From contig NIVC01001780.1 in NCBI GenBank assembly GCA_002269645.1, forward strand, positions 124,001 through 188,000: a DNA stretch of 64,000 nucleotides, read 5' to 3'. The notes under the pieces were generated by a model. It saw only the letters and a program-made list of their open reading frames with translations, did not search any database and had not been told where the DNA came from. Source of the stretch: Macrostomum lignano. Lineage: Eukaryota. The translations under genes were made by a program, and so were the position numbers. This document shows, piece by piece, positions 23,670 to 35,894 of this stretch. How positions within the stretch are numbered: the first letter of the stretch is position 1; each line of letters starts with the position of its first letter.

Positions 23670-24727
23670 GCCTTGGCCTTAGCCTTGCCTTAGCCTTGGC
23701 CTTAGCCTTGGCCTTAGCCTTGGCCTTAGCCTTGGCCTTAGCCTTGGCCTTAGCCTTGGCCTTAGCCTTGGCCTTAGCCTTGGCCTTAGCCTTGGCCTTA
23801 GCCTTGGCCTTAGCCTTGGCCTTAGCCTTGGCCTTAGCCTTGGCCTTAGCCTTGGCCTTAGCCTTGGCCTTAGCCTTGGCCTTAGCCTTGGCCTTAGCCT
23901 TGGCCTTAGCCTTGGCCTTAGCCTTGGCCTTAGCCTTGGCCTTAGCCTTGGCCTTAGCCTTGGCCTTAGCCTTGGCCTTAGCCTTGGCCTTAGCCTTGGC
24001 CTTAGCCTTGGCCTTAGCCTTGGCCTTAGCCTTGGCCTTAGCCTTGGCCTTAGCCTTGGCCTTAGCCTTGGCCTTAGCCTTGGCCTTAGCCTTGGCCTTA
24101 GCCTTGGCCTTAGCCTTGGCCTTAGCCTTGGCCTTAGCCTTGGCCTTAGCCTTGGCCTTAGCCTTGGCCTTAGCCTTGGCCTTAGCCTTGGCCTTAGCCT
24201 TGGCCTTAGCCTTGGCCTTAGCCTTGGCCTTAGCCTTGGCCTTAGCCTTGGCCTTAGCCTTGGCCTTAGCCTTGGCCTTAGCCTTGGCCTTAGCCTTGGC
24301 CTTAGCCTTGGCCTTAGCCTTGGCCTTAGCCTTGGCCTTAGCCTTGGCCTTAGCCTTGGCCTTAGCCTTGGCCTTAGCCTTGGCCTTAGCCTTGGCCTTA
24401 GCCTTGGCCTTAGCCTTGGCCTTAGCCTTGGCCTTAGCCTTGGCCTTAGCCTTGGCCTTAGCCTTGGCCTTAGCCTTGGCCTTAGCCTTGGCCTTAGCCT
24501 TGGCCTTAGCCTTGGCCTTAGCCTTGGCCTTAGCCTTGGCCTTAGCCTTGGCCTTAGCCTTGGCCTTAGCCTTGGCCTTAGCCTTGGCCTTAGCCTTGGC
24601 CTTAGCCTTGGCCTTAGCCTTGGCCTTAGCCTTGGCCTTAGCCTTGGCCTTAGCCTTGGCCTTAGCCTTGGCCTTAGCCTTGGCCTTAGCCTTGGCCTTA
24701 GCCTTGGCCTTAGCCTTGGCCTTAGCC
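23670..24727. repeat. Near-perfect 12-bp tandem array (GCCTTGGCCTTA)n
   Basis: About 88 units; only a single-base deletion near 23688 was noticed. Confidence 0.98.
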
Positions 24728-25181
24728 ACAGGCACTCGAAAAATGGCATGGCAGACAATCCGGAGCCACCCACCATCTGTTAATTGCTGCATCAGAGGAG
24801 AAATTGCAAACACAACACAATAGAACTGTGGACGACTGTTTTGAAGCAGAATTTCCTCCAAAGCCGGCTGTCTATTGTGTTTCCTTCTGTGGCCTTGGGC
24901 TCACCGGTTTGACTTCCCTAATAGAGGAAACACTGAGAATTGCAGAGCTGACAGAATAAATGGGGCTGACACATGTCACACTTCGCGCTTTCCCGCAACC
25001 GCAGCGGCCTGACTTCTGCAGTCCAATATTTGATTTATGGCTCTCAGAAGTGTCTAGGATAATCCGCGGGAGGATTATCGATTTTCGGGTCGGATTTGTG
25101 CGAGTAAAAAGTTGCAAACGGGACAGAAAAGTGCTGCGGTGTGACAGAGGAAGGGACATCTGCTGCGGATTAGGGCTCGTG

Positions 25182-25520
<339 letters not shown>

Positions 25521-25974
25521 TAAAATTAGGCACCTTGTACCTCTTAACTCCTACAGGTATTGTAGATGAATCATCATATCTAATGTGTTTTCCGAAATAA
25601 CAAATTTTCGGAAGCTTGCAAATTGGACTGATTAATGGGTTTCCAATGACCCAGCTAGTAAGAAATGCTTCGTGTCTAAAATAACACTATAGCTTTCACC
25701 AATCTCCTTGATAACGAACAGGCGCCACATTAAACTCTTTAACTGGAACTTCGGGAGAAAAGGTGTGAAAGTTATTGGCACCGGATTACTGTTTCGTAGC
25801 ATCCATTGCAAAGAATTCGATTCTTCTGCATCCTTATCGATGGTACAATAACTTTCTATTTAGACCTGATTAAGATTACGAACAATATTTGTCACGCCTG
25901 AAAATAGGACAGCCAAGACCAATGTACACCCTTGACAGGGTTGCGGATTGGCTTTCACTTTGATCTGCGGCCTC

Positions 25975-26390
25975 TCGACCCTCTCTCTCTCTCTCCACTC
26001 TCCCTTGTCTCCCCCTCTCTCTCCCTATCTCCCCCTGCCTATCTTCTTCTCTCCCTCCATTCTCCCTGTCTACTTCTCTCCCTCCATTCTCCGTGTCTCC
26101 CTCTCTCCCTCTCCCTGTTTCCCTCTCTCCCTCTCCGTGTCTCCCTCTCTCCCTCTCCATGTCTCCCTCTCCGTGTCTCCCTCTCTCCCTCTCCCTCTCT
26201 CCCTCTCCCTGTCTCCCTCTCTCCCTCTCCGTGTCTCCCTCTCTCCCTCTCCCTGTCTCCCTCTCTCCCTCACCCTGCCTCCCTCTCTCCCTCTCCCTGT
26301 CTCCCTGTCTCCCTCTCCCTGTCTCCTTCTCCCTCTCCCTGCTGTCTCCCTCTGTCCCTGTCTCCCTCTCCTTCTCCCCATCTCTCTCGG
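25975..26390. repeat. CT-rich (TCTCCC) degenerate repeat
   Basis: Read directly. Confidence 0.9.
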
Positions 26391-26994
26391 TTTCATGGGT
26401 AAGAAATCCAACACTGACATTACCGATTGCTCAGCACAGCATCAGCAGTTTAGGAGGAACACGCAGAAAAGTTTGCAACACAAGAAAATTACAGGCTGTC
26501 ACTGAAGTCTCATTACCAGACCACTCCGGTCACAAACATGAAAACACGGCTCTTCAAATTCCGCTACGGCACGATATTGATTTCAGTGTTCGATCATCTC
26601 AACGGCAAGAGATTGCTCATCTGTGCTATCATGGTCACTCGATCTCCGCTCCATCTTCTCTTTCATAGCCGACAATTCGATTCCGATTTGATGAAGAGAG
26701 CAGAAGCTGATGCTGATGCTGCATGCCGGGGATGCAATGGATTACGTCATCAGGGGTCCTTGGGCTCGCTGTTTGGCTGGAGAAAATTTGAGCATTAATA
26801 GGAGGGAGCACTGGGCACGCTCAAACGCGCTTTGAAGGAAATTCTCAGACCAGCGTGTCAGCGACAGAGACAGGCTGTGTTGGGGAGCTGCGGAGAAGCG
26901 AGAGTTGAATTGGGATGGCTGAGGAAATGAGATTGCTCTGCAGCTGCTGGGCCTGACACCCATGGCTGCGGCTGACAGCTGCGTTGGGAATGAA

Positions 26995-27403
<409 letters not shown>

Positions 27404-27724
27404 CTGGAGAAGAATTTCAGTACCGCAGTCACACAATCATTGATTATTATCCAAGTGAGTGACTGAACTCTACATGCAGAGGCAGCTGCACACCATTGGA
27501 ATCAATGTCACTCAATACCTGTCAGACGGAGTTGAAGCCACAGCCTCATTTCTCAAAGCCACTTCGCTCCGTTGCTGCGCAAACGAACCATATGACCCAA
27601 CTTTGCTTAGCAAAACTTCAATAGAATCGGAAAGCAGGTAAGAAATGCGAGTTTAAAATCGAATTCATCCCCTTCGTTCAATGGGTAGACGGTGGCACTT
27701 TAAATGTGTGGACGGGCACCGAAC

Positions 27725-28043
27725 TGAGTGTCAGTAAGCTACAAACTGGGTGTCAGTAAGCTACAAACTGGGTGACAGTAAGCTACAAACTGGGTGACAG
27801 TAAGCTACAAACTGGGTGACAGTAAGCTACAAACTGGGTGTCAGTAAGCTACAAACTGGGTGTCAGTAAGCTACAAACTGGGTGTCAGTAAGCTACAAAC
27901 TGGGTGTCAGTAAGCTACAAACTGGGTGTCAGTAAGCTACAAACTGGGTGTCAGTAAGCTACAAACTGGGTGTCAGTAAGCTACAAACTGGGTGTCAGTA
28001 AGCTACAAACTGGGTGTCAGTAAGCTACAAACTGGGTGTCAAG
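27725..28043. repeat. Minisatellite, 22-bp unit GGGTGTCAGTAAGCTACAAACT
   Basis: About 14 units. Confidence 0.95.
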
Positions 28044-28669
28044 CTCTAAATCTGGTTGTCAGACAAGGTCAAATATAACCTTGACCTGTTGCGTCACACC
28101 TGAAGCCAATGCCAGGCATTCAGGCACCTTCATAAGCTCATTATCGCACCCGCAGTCACGCACTGGGGCAGCAAAGCATTGAATTAAAATTAGGATAAAT
28201 ACAATAAGAAGTTATGCACCAGCAGAATAGGCACTAATATCCCAAAAGTCATGCAAAGTTTTTCTTCCGACAATGTCCAAACCGCATAGCCGAGCCTTCA
28301 GGCAATTGCTAAAGAAGAAATCCAGCCTCAAAAACAGAGAAGGGCGAATGACTCACCGCTCTTCGAGTTCCGCTCCGCACTGGACGAGACTAAATTATCG
28401 GACGAATCGAGAGGTTTGAGCACTGCAGTGGAGGGCAAATCGAGTTAATCCTTTATCCCTCGCATTCTCGCGTCATCGCATTCTGGGAAGAGGGGGCTGA
28501 GGAGCGGAGGAGAGGGGGTGTGGCGATGAGGGGATTCTGGACGAGCTGATGAAGACCGGACACTCAGGTTGCCGGGGCTTTGTGGGGACCTGCTAGCGTT
28601 CTGTCTGGCAGTCTGCATTTCCTATGACGGTCGCTGAGCTGGCGTTGATATCGGATCTGGAGAGTGGAA

Positions 28670-29372
28670 GTTCTGCTGTAGGAATGGCGCCAAATCTATT
28701 GTTGAAATGGCGCCAAATCTAATTTTTGTGATTAGCGCAAAGTCTGTTGCAAGGATGGCGCCAAATCTACTGTAGGAATGGCGCCAAATCTACTGTAGAA
28801 ATAGTGCCAAATCTACTGTAGAAATAGTGCCAAATCTACTGTAGGAATGGCGCCAAATCTACTGTAGGAATGGCGCCAAATCTACTGTAGAAATAGTGCC
28901 AAATCTACTGTAGAAATAGTGCCAAATCTACTGTAGGAATGGCGCCAAATCTACTGTAAGAATGGCGCCAAATCTACTGTAGGAATGGCGCCAAATCTAT
29001 TGTAGGAATGGCGCGAAATCTACTGTAAGAATGGCGCCAAATCTACTGTAATAATGGCGCCAAATCTACTGTAGGAAAGACACCAAATCTACCGTAGGAG
29101 ATAAAAGTAAATCTAATTTTAGGATTAACGCCAAGTCTGTTGCAAGATTGGCGCCAAATCTACTGTAAGAATGGCGCCAAATCTACTGTAGGAATGGCGC
29201 CAAATCTATTGTAGGAATGGCGCGAAATCTACTGTAAGAATGGCGCCAAATCTACTGTAATAATGGCGCCAAATCTACTGTAGGAAAGACACCAAATCTA
29301 CCGTAGGAGATAAAAGTAAATCTAATTTTAGGATTAACGCCAAGTCTGTTGCAAGATTGGCGCCAAATCTAC
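28670..29372. repeat. Minisatellite, 23-bp unit GGCGCCAAATCTACTGTAGGAAT, with a higher-order duplication of about 200 bp
   Basis: Read directly; the GACACC...GCAAGATT block occurs twice. Confidence 0.93.
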
Positions 29373-30039
29373 TTGACTGACTCTCACCATCGTCAGGCAG
29401 TGCAATCAACTTCCTTTATGGTTTAAAGTCTTGAGCATAAACTCTAAATTACAAAAACTAAAAACAACAGAACTCAGTTAAAATTTATCAGTGCTTCCAT
29501 TCCAGTTTTTGTCCAGTCCAGTAGTCCTTGAAGGCGCAGCCCCCCCCCCCCCGAGGCGATGCTTTTACAACTACTAAAAGCTACTAACAATCGGGTAGAT
29601 TCAGTCCGTTAGTCGAAATCCACTCTACTGAGCAGAGAGGGCCTTATTTGTGGTTGTGCAATGCAGCCAAATACAGTAGTTAGTGGCTGTTACGTGGACA
29701 TCAATTCATTTAAGCATGGGTACCAGTGGACAGTTGCATTATTGCTGCAGAAGGCGGGTGGGTCATCCTTCAACACCGCCCATCCCCTAAGTGGCACTCG
29801 CGGGAAACTGCAGTTTATAACGCCCGCTTTTAATTTGCTGCTTTCTATATATTATAATCCTTAAATGACTAATCCGGGTAATCCCCTTTGGTTAATCCTC
29901 TTTAATCGTATGGCCGTCGTTATTTAAATTCATTCTGAATGGCCAGACAGATGCCTGCTCTGTAGGAGTGAATTGAAAATGTGGGAGCTGTTGGTTTCAG
30001 ATTGCTTTTGCGCACAGAACGCCATGAAGCGTGCTCAAA

Positions 30040-30700
30040 ATGTCACAGTGTGCTTTAACGGGTCACACAGTGTGCTCGAAGAGTCAAAGGGTACTCTCCA
30101 AGAGTCATAGTGTGCTCAACGGGTCACAGTGTGCTCAATGGGTCACAGTGTGCTCAATGGGTCACAGTGTGCTCAAGGAGTCAAAGTGTGCTCAATGGGT
30201 CACAGTGTGCTCAAGGAGTCAAAGTGTGCTCAATGGGTCACAGTGTGCTCAAGGAGTCAAAGTGTGCTCAATGGGTCACAGTGTGCTCAATGAGTCAAAG
30301 TGTGCCCAATGGTTCACAGTGTGCTCAATGGGTCACAGTGTGCTCAATGGGTCACAGTGTGCTCAAGGGGTCACAGAGTGCTCAAGGAGTCAAAGTGTGC
30401 CCAATGGGTCACAGTGTGCTCAAGGAGTTAAAGTGTGCTCAATGGTTCACAGTGTGCTCAAGGAGTCAAAGTGTGCCCATGGGTCACAGTGTGCTTAAGG
30501 AGTCAAAGTGTGCCCATGGGTCACAGTGTGCTCAAGGAGTTAAAGTGTGCTCAATGGTTCACAGTGTGCTCAAGGAGTCAAAGTGTGCCCATGGGTCACA
30601 GTGTGCTTAAGGAGTCAAAGTGTGCCCATGGGTCACAGTGTGCTTAAGGAGTCAAAGTGTGCCCATGGGTCACAGTGTGCTTATAGGATCGCAGTGTACT
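30040..30700. repeat. Minisatellite, alternating 19-bp units GGGTCACAGTGTGCTCAAT / GGAGTCAAAGTGTGCTCAA
   Basis: Read directly. Confidence 0.93.
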
Positions 30701-31424
30701 CAAAGGGTCACATAGTGCTAAATAAAACGCCCGTATATCTTGGTCAAAAAATTTTGATTAAATTTTGAAACCTTCAAACCGCGGCAAGACAAGCGGGTTC
30801 CGGGCGCCAGTCGAATAGCAGGTCTTTGTTCCCTCAGCTCCAGTTTATAATGGGGCAATATAATGATGGACAAGAATATGTCAAGCTAAAGTAAACACAC
30901 GACATGACGAGACCATGGCGGCGCTGACTTCGTGAATAAACAATGCGGTGATGATATGGTATAATTTGAACTCCATTTGACTGCCTATGGCTGTCTTCCT
31001 CTCGCATCCCTCGTCAACGCTTCTGAAACTAATTAAAGGCCATCTGGTCAACCGTTCCGTTATGGCAGATCAAAGCAACTTTGATCAGGACCTCGCCAAT
31101 ACTGCAGAATCCGCGGAAGCCATAAAGTTTAACAGGAGACAATTGCTTCGTTGTTAAGGGCTCCTGTCTAAATCGTCTTGCATGGCAACTGGTTTTAATT
31201 GCTAATTTAATTTTAATAAGCCATAGATAATATAACAAGTCTAAGAGATTCTTTGATGGATTGCTTGCTTTCCAATGAAAAACTGGTAGATTCAAGTGAT
31301 TAGTGCCAAGATCAAAGCAGGCATAAAAGGCACCAAAAAGAGGCGCCCAGAGAAGAGCGCCATATGAGAAAAGTGCTATTTGGAGAGCCAAAATGAAACC
31401 GTTAAGAGAAAAATGTCAAAATGC

Positions 31425-31870
31425 GAGATAAGTGCCAAGAGAAGCGCCAAGACAAGCGCCGAGATAAACGTAAAAGTAAGCGCCAAGATAAGCGCGAAAG
31501 TAAGCGCTAAGATAAGCGCCAAGATAAGAGCCAAGGTAAGCGCCAAAGTAAGCGCCGAGATAAACGCAAAAGTAAGCGCCAAGATAAGCGCGAAAGTAAG
31601 CGCTAAGATAAGCGCCAAGATAAGAGCCAAGGTAAGCGCCAAAGTAAGCGCCGAGATAAACGCAAAAGTAAGCGCCAAGATAAGCGCGAAAGTAAGCGCT
31701 AAGATAAGCGCCAAGACAAGCGCCAACAAAGGTGCCAAGGTAAGCGCCAAAGTAAGCGCCGACATAAACGCAAAAGTAAGCGCCGAGATAAACGCAAAAG
31801 TAAGCGCCAAGATAAGCGCGAAAGTAAGCGCCAAGATAAAGCCAAAGTAAGCGCCAAGATAAAGCCAGCA
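31425..31870. repeat. 12-bp minisatellite (GCCAAGATAAGC variants) with higher-order repeats
   Basis: Read directly; one + frame stays open (AKIS/AKVS). Confidence 0.9.
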
Positions 31871-32948
31871 AGATACATGCACGGACTACTTAAGTAGGCC
31901 ACTATCTACTAGTGGTCCTTGGATACATGTGGATTAAAACATGTTGCACAAGTCTTGATTAATTTTCAGCTCTACTGTAGGCGATAAATTTATTGAAAAT
32001 TCGCGAGTATCATCTCTACAAAAAATAAATTATAAAGATCAACTCGGTAAGGAGAAGTCACGCTCCAAAACCCAGGGCTGACAAATTATCTGTGTTAGTC
32101 CACCTGCAGTGTTTTCATTTTGATTTTTGACCTCAACAAAGGGAAGCTGCGACAGGATGACTCCGTGACTTTACCAAAACAGAGAACGAGCTTCAAAATA
32201 GTTGCAAAAATTTAGTTTGAAAAATGAAGATTAAAGTCGTTTTTCAACAAGCTTCGAAAATTAATTTTTTAATAACCATATTCGCTGTTAGCTACTATTT
32301 ACACATTATTCAGTAGTCTAAAAAGCAAATCTACCATTTAAGTGTAAAATAAAGTCAGTAAAAATTGCCATAGACACCAGCAAAAAGCTGCTTGAGCAGA
32401 TGCAGGAATATTTTTGCCAATTGATCAATAATTTTAAGCACATTCCGTTCGAGCGAGTGTTTGAGAGATCTTTTGAAACAAAGTGGCAGATATCGAACCA
32501 ACGTCTGTACAATGCTTCGTCTCGGTAAGTTGTCATCTTTACATACTATTATTTTACATTCCTATAAATCAGGGGTCGGAAATCTTATTTAATTCAAGGG
32601 CAAGATAGAGAATCTAGCGTTTTAATGCGTGCCAGAGGGGAAAGATGAGAGAGAATAGAGAATAGAGATGAGAGATAGTTAAAGTGGAGAGAGGAGAGAA
32701 GAGAGGCGATGAGAGAATAGGCACAGATCTTAAGCGGGCCGGATTGCTATTGTGAAGTTATAAACGACCCGAGGGCCTAGCTAAAGCCAAGTTTGGTTTA
32801 TCATCTTAAAATACTTGATTTACGTACGTCTCAATAACTGTAATGCTTCCATCAGAACCGCTAAAAGAAGTTTGAATGAATAAACATTTAAAAAAGATCG
32901 CAAGTCCCAAACACCTCTCGCCACCCAGACGAGAGCCCAGTCGTATCC

Positions 32949-33283
32949 ATGACCTACGGCCGGATTTCTTCCGACACAAACGAGACTTCAACAACCGCCA
33001 GCACAACTTGGGCAGCCATCGCTGATACAGTTGTCCAGTCCATGTCGGCAGCCGCCACCACGTCCACAGGGGACGGAGCTGACCCGGAGATAATCACCGA
33101 ATTGAATGTCTCCTCATCGGCCGCCGACAGCTCGGATTGCACAACGACAAGTTCCACTTCGGTTTCGTCATCCTCTGGCTCTGTCGACGGTCAGCCAGTG
33201 CAGCTTCGAATGTCTTCTCGGGAGTCGACAGTGCTCGCCGAAGCGCTGAGGCTTGCCGGTCGACGAAAAGTTGTCCGACCGTT

Positions 33284-33324
<41 letters not shown>

Positions 33325-35033
33325 TAGCGTTGACTCAGCCTCCGCCACCACCTCCGCCCCCGAGACCGTCTCTAGCCGGGCACAACATCTCCCATCGGCG
33401 ATCCGAAAGCGCCCAGGAAAAGTCGCAGAATGTGAAACAGCCCGCGATGCTGCAAAATACAGGCAGCACGAGGACGGAGAGCGAGGAGAACTACGGGCTT
33501 CCGCCAGCTACGAACCAGAAGCCTCTAGTTGGCAACATGGCGCCAGATTGGTCGCTCATGCAGCCGATGCTGCAGAAAATGGTAGCGGACATGTCAACCT
33601 CGGATAGGCGAAAGTACGCAGTCAATCAGCTGACGGAGGGAGACCTCAAAGACGCGATGCGACTGTTTTTAGAGAAACAAAAGACCAAACTGAGGCAGCA
33701 CTCGACCACCCAATCGAAAACCCCAGGCTCCGGTCAAACGCAGCGGGAAGTTGAGGTCAGCAGCGGTAGCGGAGACGGGCCTAGGCAGCTTGTTAAGCTG
33801 GTAATCTGTGTGCCCCGTCAGAAGCATCAGCACCGATCAATGTCAGTGTCCAGAACCAGCACTATCGACCAATCGGCCATCACCGCGGCCGGTCAGGCCA
33901 AGAAGCCTCCCCAGCCGGTTCTGTCGTCAAGACCAAAACAGTCTCAGCAGCCTTCAAAGTTGTCAATGCAGGACAGCGTACACCGGGGCAGCATAATGCC
34001 GGTGAAGATGGCCGTTCCAGCCAAGGAAGAGTCTCCAGAGGAGGACTGCCTGACGATGCCAGGAGTGGAGCTCTGCCGCGACAGCAGCACCAGCAACACC
34101 CCGCCAGCGGCAACGACGGCAGCCAAAGAAGCCAAGCCGTCTGACGTCACCAAGCTCGCGCAGTCGAAACCTGTCAATCAGCCGGTCGGGAAAGGTCACG
34201 AACGAATCTCGCTGGCTCCGGAGCTGATTGGTGGCCTCAGCAAGCGGTTGCAGAAGGAATACGACGAGGCGCAGAGTACTACCTCATTGCCGGGCAATCA
34301 GAAGAAGGACTGGAGTAACGATACCTCTAGCGATCAGGTGCACAATGATGCCAGCATCAAAGAGAACGCTAAAAAGGCGGAGACGGCTGTCGTCAAATAT
34401 CAACTGAACCTAACCAGTGAGGAAACAACCAAGAAAACAGAGTCTAACGAAGCCAGTGCAGGGCCAGACGAGGACAAGGAGGCAATCGCGGAAGACGAGG
34501 ACCCCTGGCCGCAGAAGGACTCTGTAGTTTTCTGCGACGAAGCCAACAGAGTGCAACGCGCTAGCGAGGAGATCATCGAAGAGGAAGATGAAGATGAAGA
34601 ATCTGAAGACGGCTCGGATTGTAAGAAGTCTCTGAGGTTGTCTTATCAAAAGGAAGAGGAGGAGAAGCTGCGAAGGCAGCGCGAACTCGAAGAGGCTGCC
34701 GAGGCGGCGGCTGCAGCAGAGGCGGCGGCGAAGCAGACGGCAATCAATGCGGCCATCAGGAATGAGCTGTGGCGCAGGCTGCTGTCAGCCAGGGTGCCAC
34801 GGCTGAGCTGCCCGCCAAAGCTCACCGGTCATCTGTCCGGTCACGAGGAGCAAGTGGCGGTTGCCAAGAGACTCATAGCCAACATGAGTCGAATGCAGCC
34901 CCGCCGTAGCCGTATGGACATGGAGCGGCTGAAGCACACACTGAAGCTGGACAACAAGGAGCTGAAGCTGAACCAGTGTCGAAGGAGCAGCAGCGACGAT
35001 ACAAACGGACAGGAGAAGTGGCTGGAGCTCTGA
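32949..35033 (+). CDS. Intronless 694-aa low-complexity protein of unknown function
   Basis: Long ORF in non-tandem, GC-rich sequence with poly-Q, poly-P and acidic tracts. Followed by an AT-rich 3' region with AATAAA near 35113. No family recognised. Confidence 0.8.
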
Positions 35034-35894
35034 TGATCCAAGTTCTGTTGTTCAACCCTTGTATTCATTTTTCCTTCATCATTCATGCTTATTTACATTC
35101 AACCAACTATGATAATAAAAAGTGTACTTTTATTTTTGTATGCAATCTATTTAAAGAACGAAGACCAGTCAAGCTACTCATAGTAGCTGAAAAAAACAAA
35201 CATTTTTTTATTTGTTGATTTTACAGACTGAAAAATATTCATAATTATATATTTGACAAGATTAAGTTCTTGCTAGCGTTCTATAAACTCTATGTTTATA
35301 TATTTAAATACCATTCCACCGAAACGAAGACAACAGTTACAGAAAAAACATTCAGTAAGATACTACTCATAGTGTGCAAGTACTTATTACTTTAAATTAA
35401 ATTAAAAATGACAAACTAAAAATAAAATACTTAAATTACTTTGAATTTGAACTGACATTAAATAGTTGAACATTCGCAAAAACTGATAACTAAGAATCTG
35501 AGATAACTCGTGGATAACTGAGAATGACAGCAGGGTGGGGATTACGAGCATTTTACAACATAGCGATGCCTTTATGCTGCGCTAGAAATCAATTATAAAA
35601 CAAGAGAATTTAAACATGCTTTCAGACAAGGCTGAAATAAAAATTGCCAATGAAATCGTTGTACGAAGTATGTCACAAGACGAAAACAGCAAGCACTGTG
35701 GCTGTATAGTGACACTACAGAAACACTTGGAAAAACCAGCTCGCAAAAGCGCTGACACCAGCAATGTTCTATGCATACAAGCGATAATTATGGAATTAAA
35801 AAAATATTGATTTTTTGGCTACTAAAACTTAATGCTTATAAAATGACTTTTAAGTTTAATTGAGAGTTTATAATGCATTTCATTCTTTGGGATC

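Noticed and set aside
23670-24727. Interstitial telomeric repeat
   Set aside because: The unit reads TTAGCC/TTGGCC, not TTAGGG or TTAGGC on either strand.
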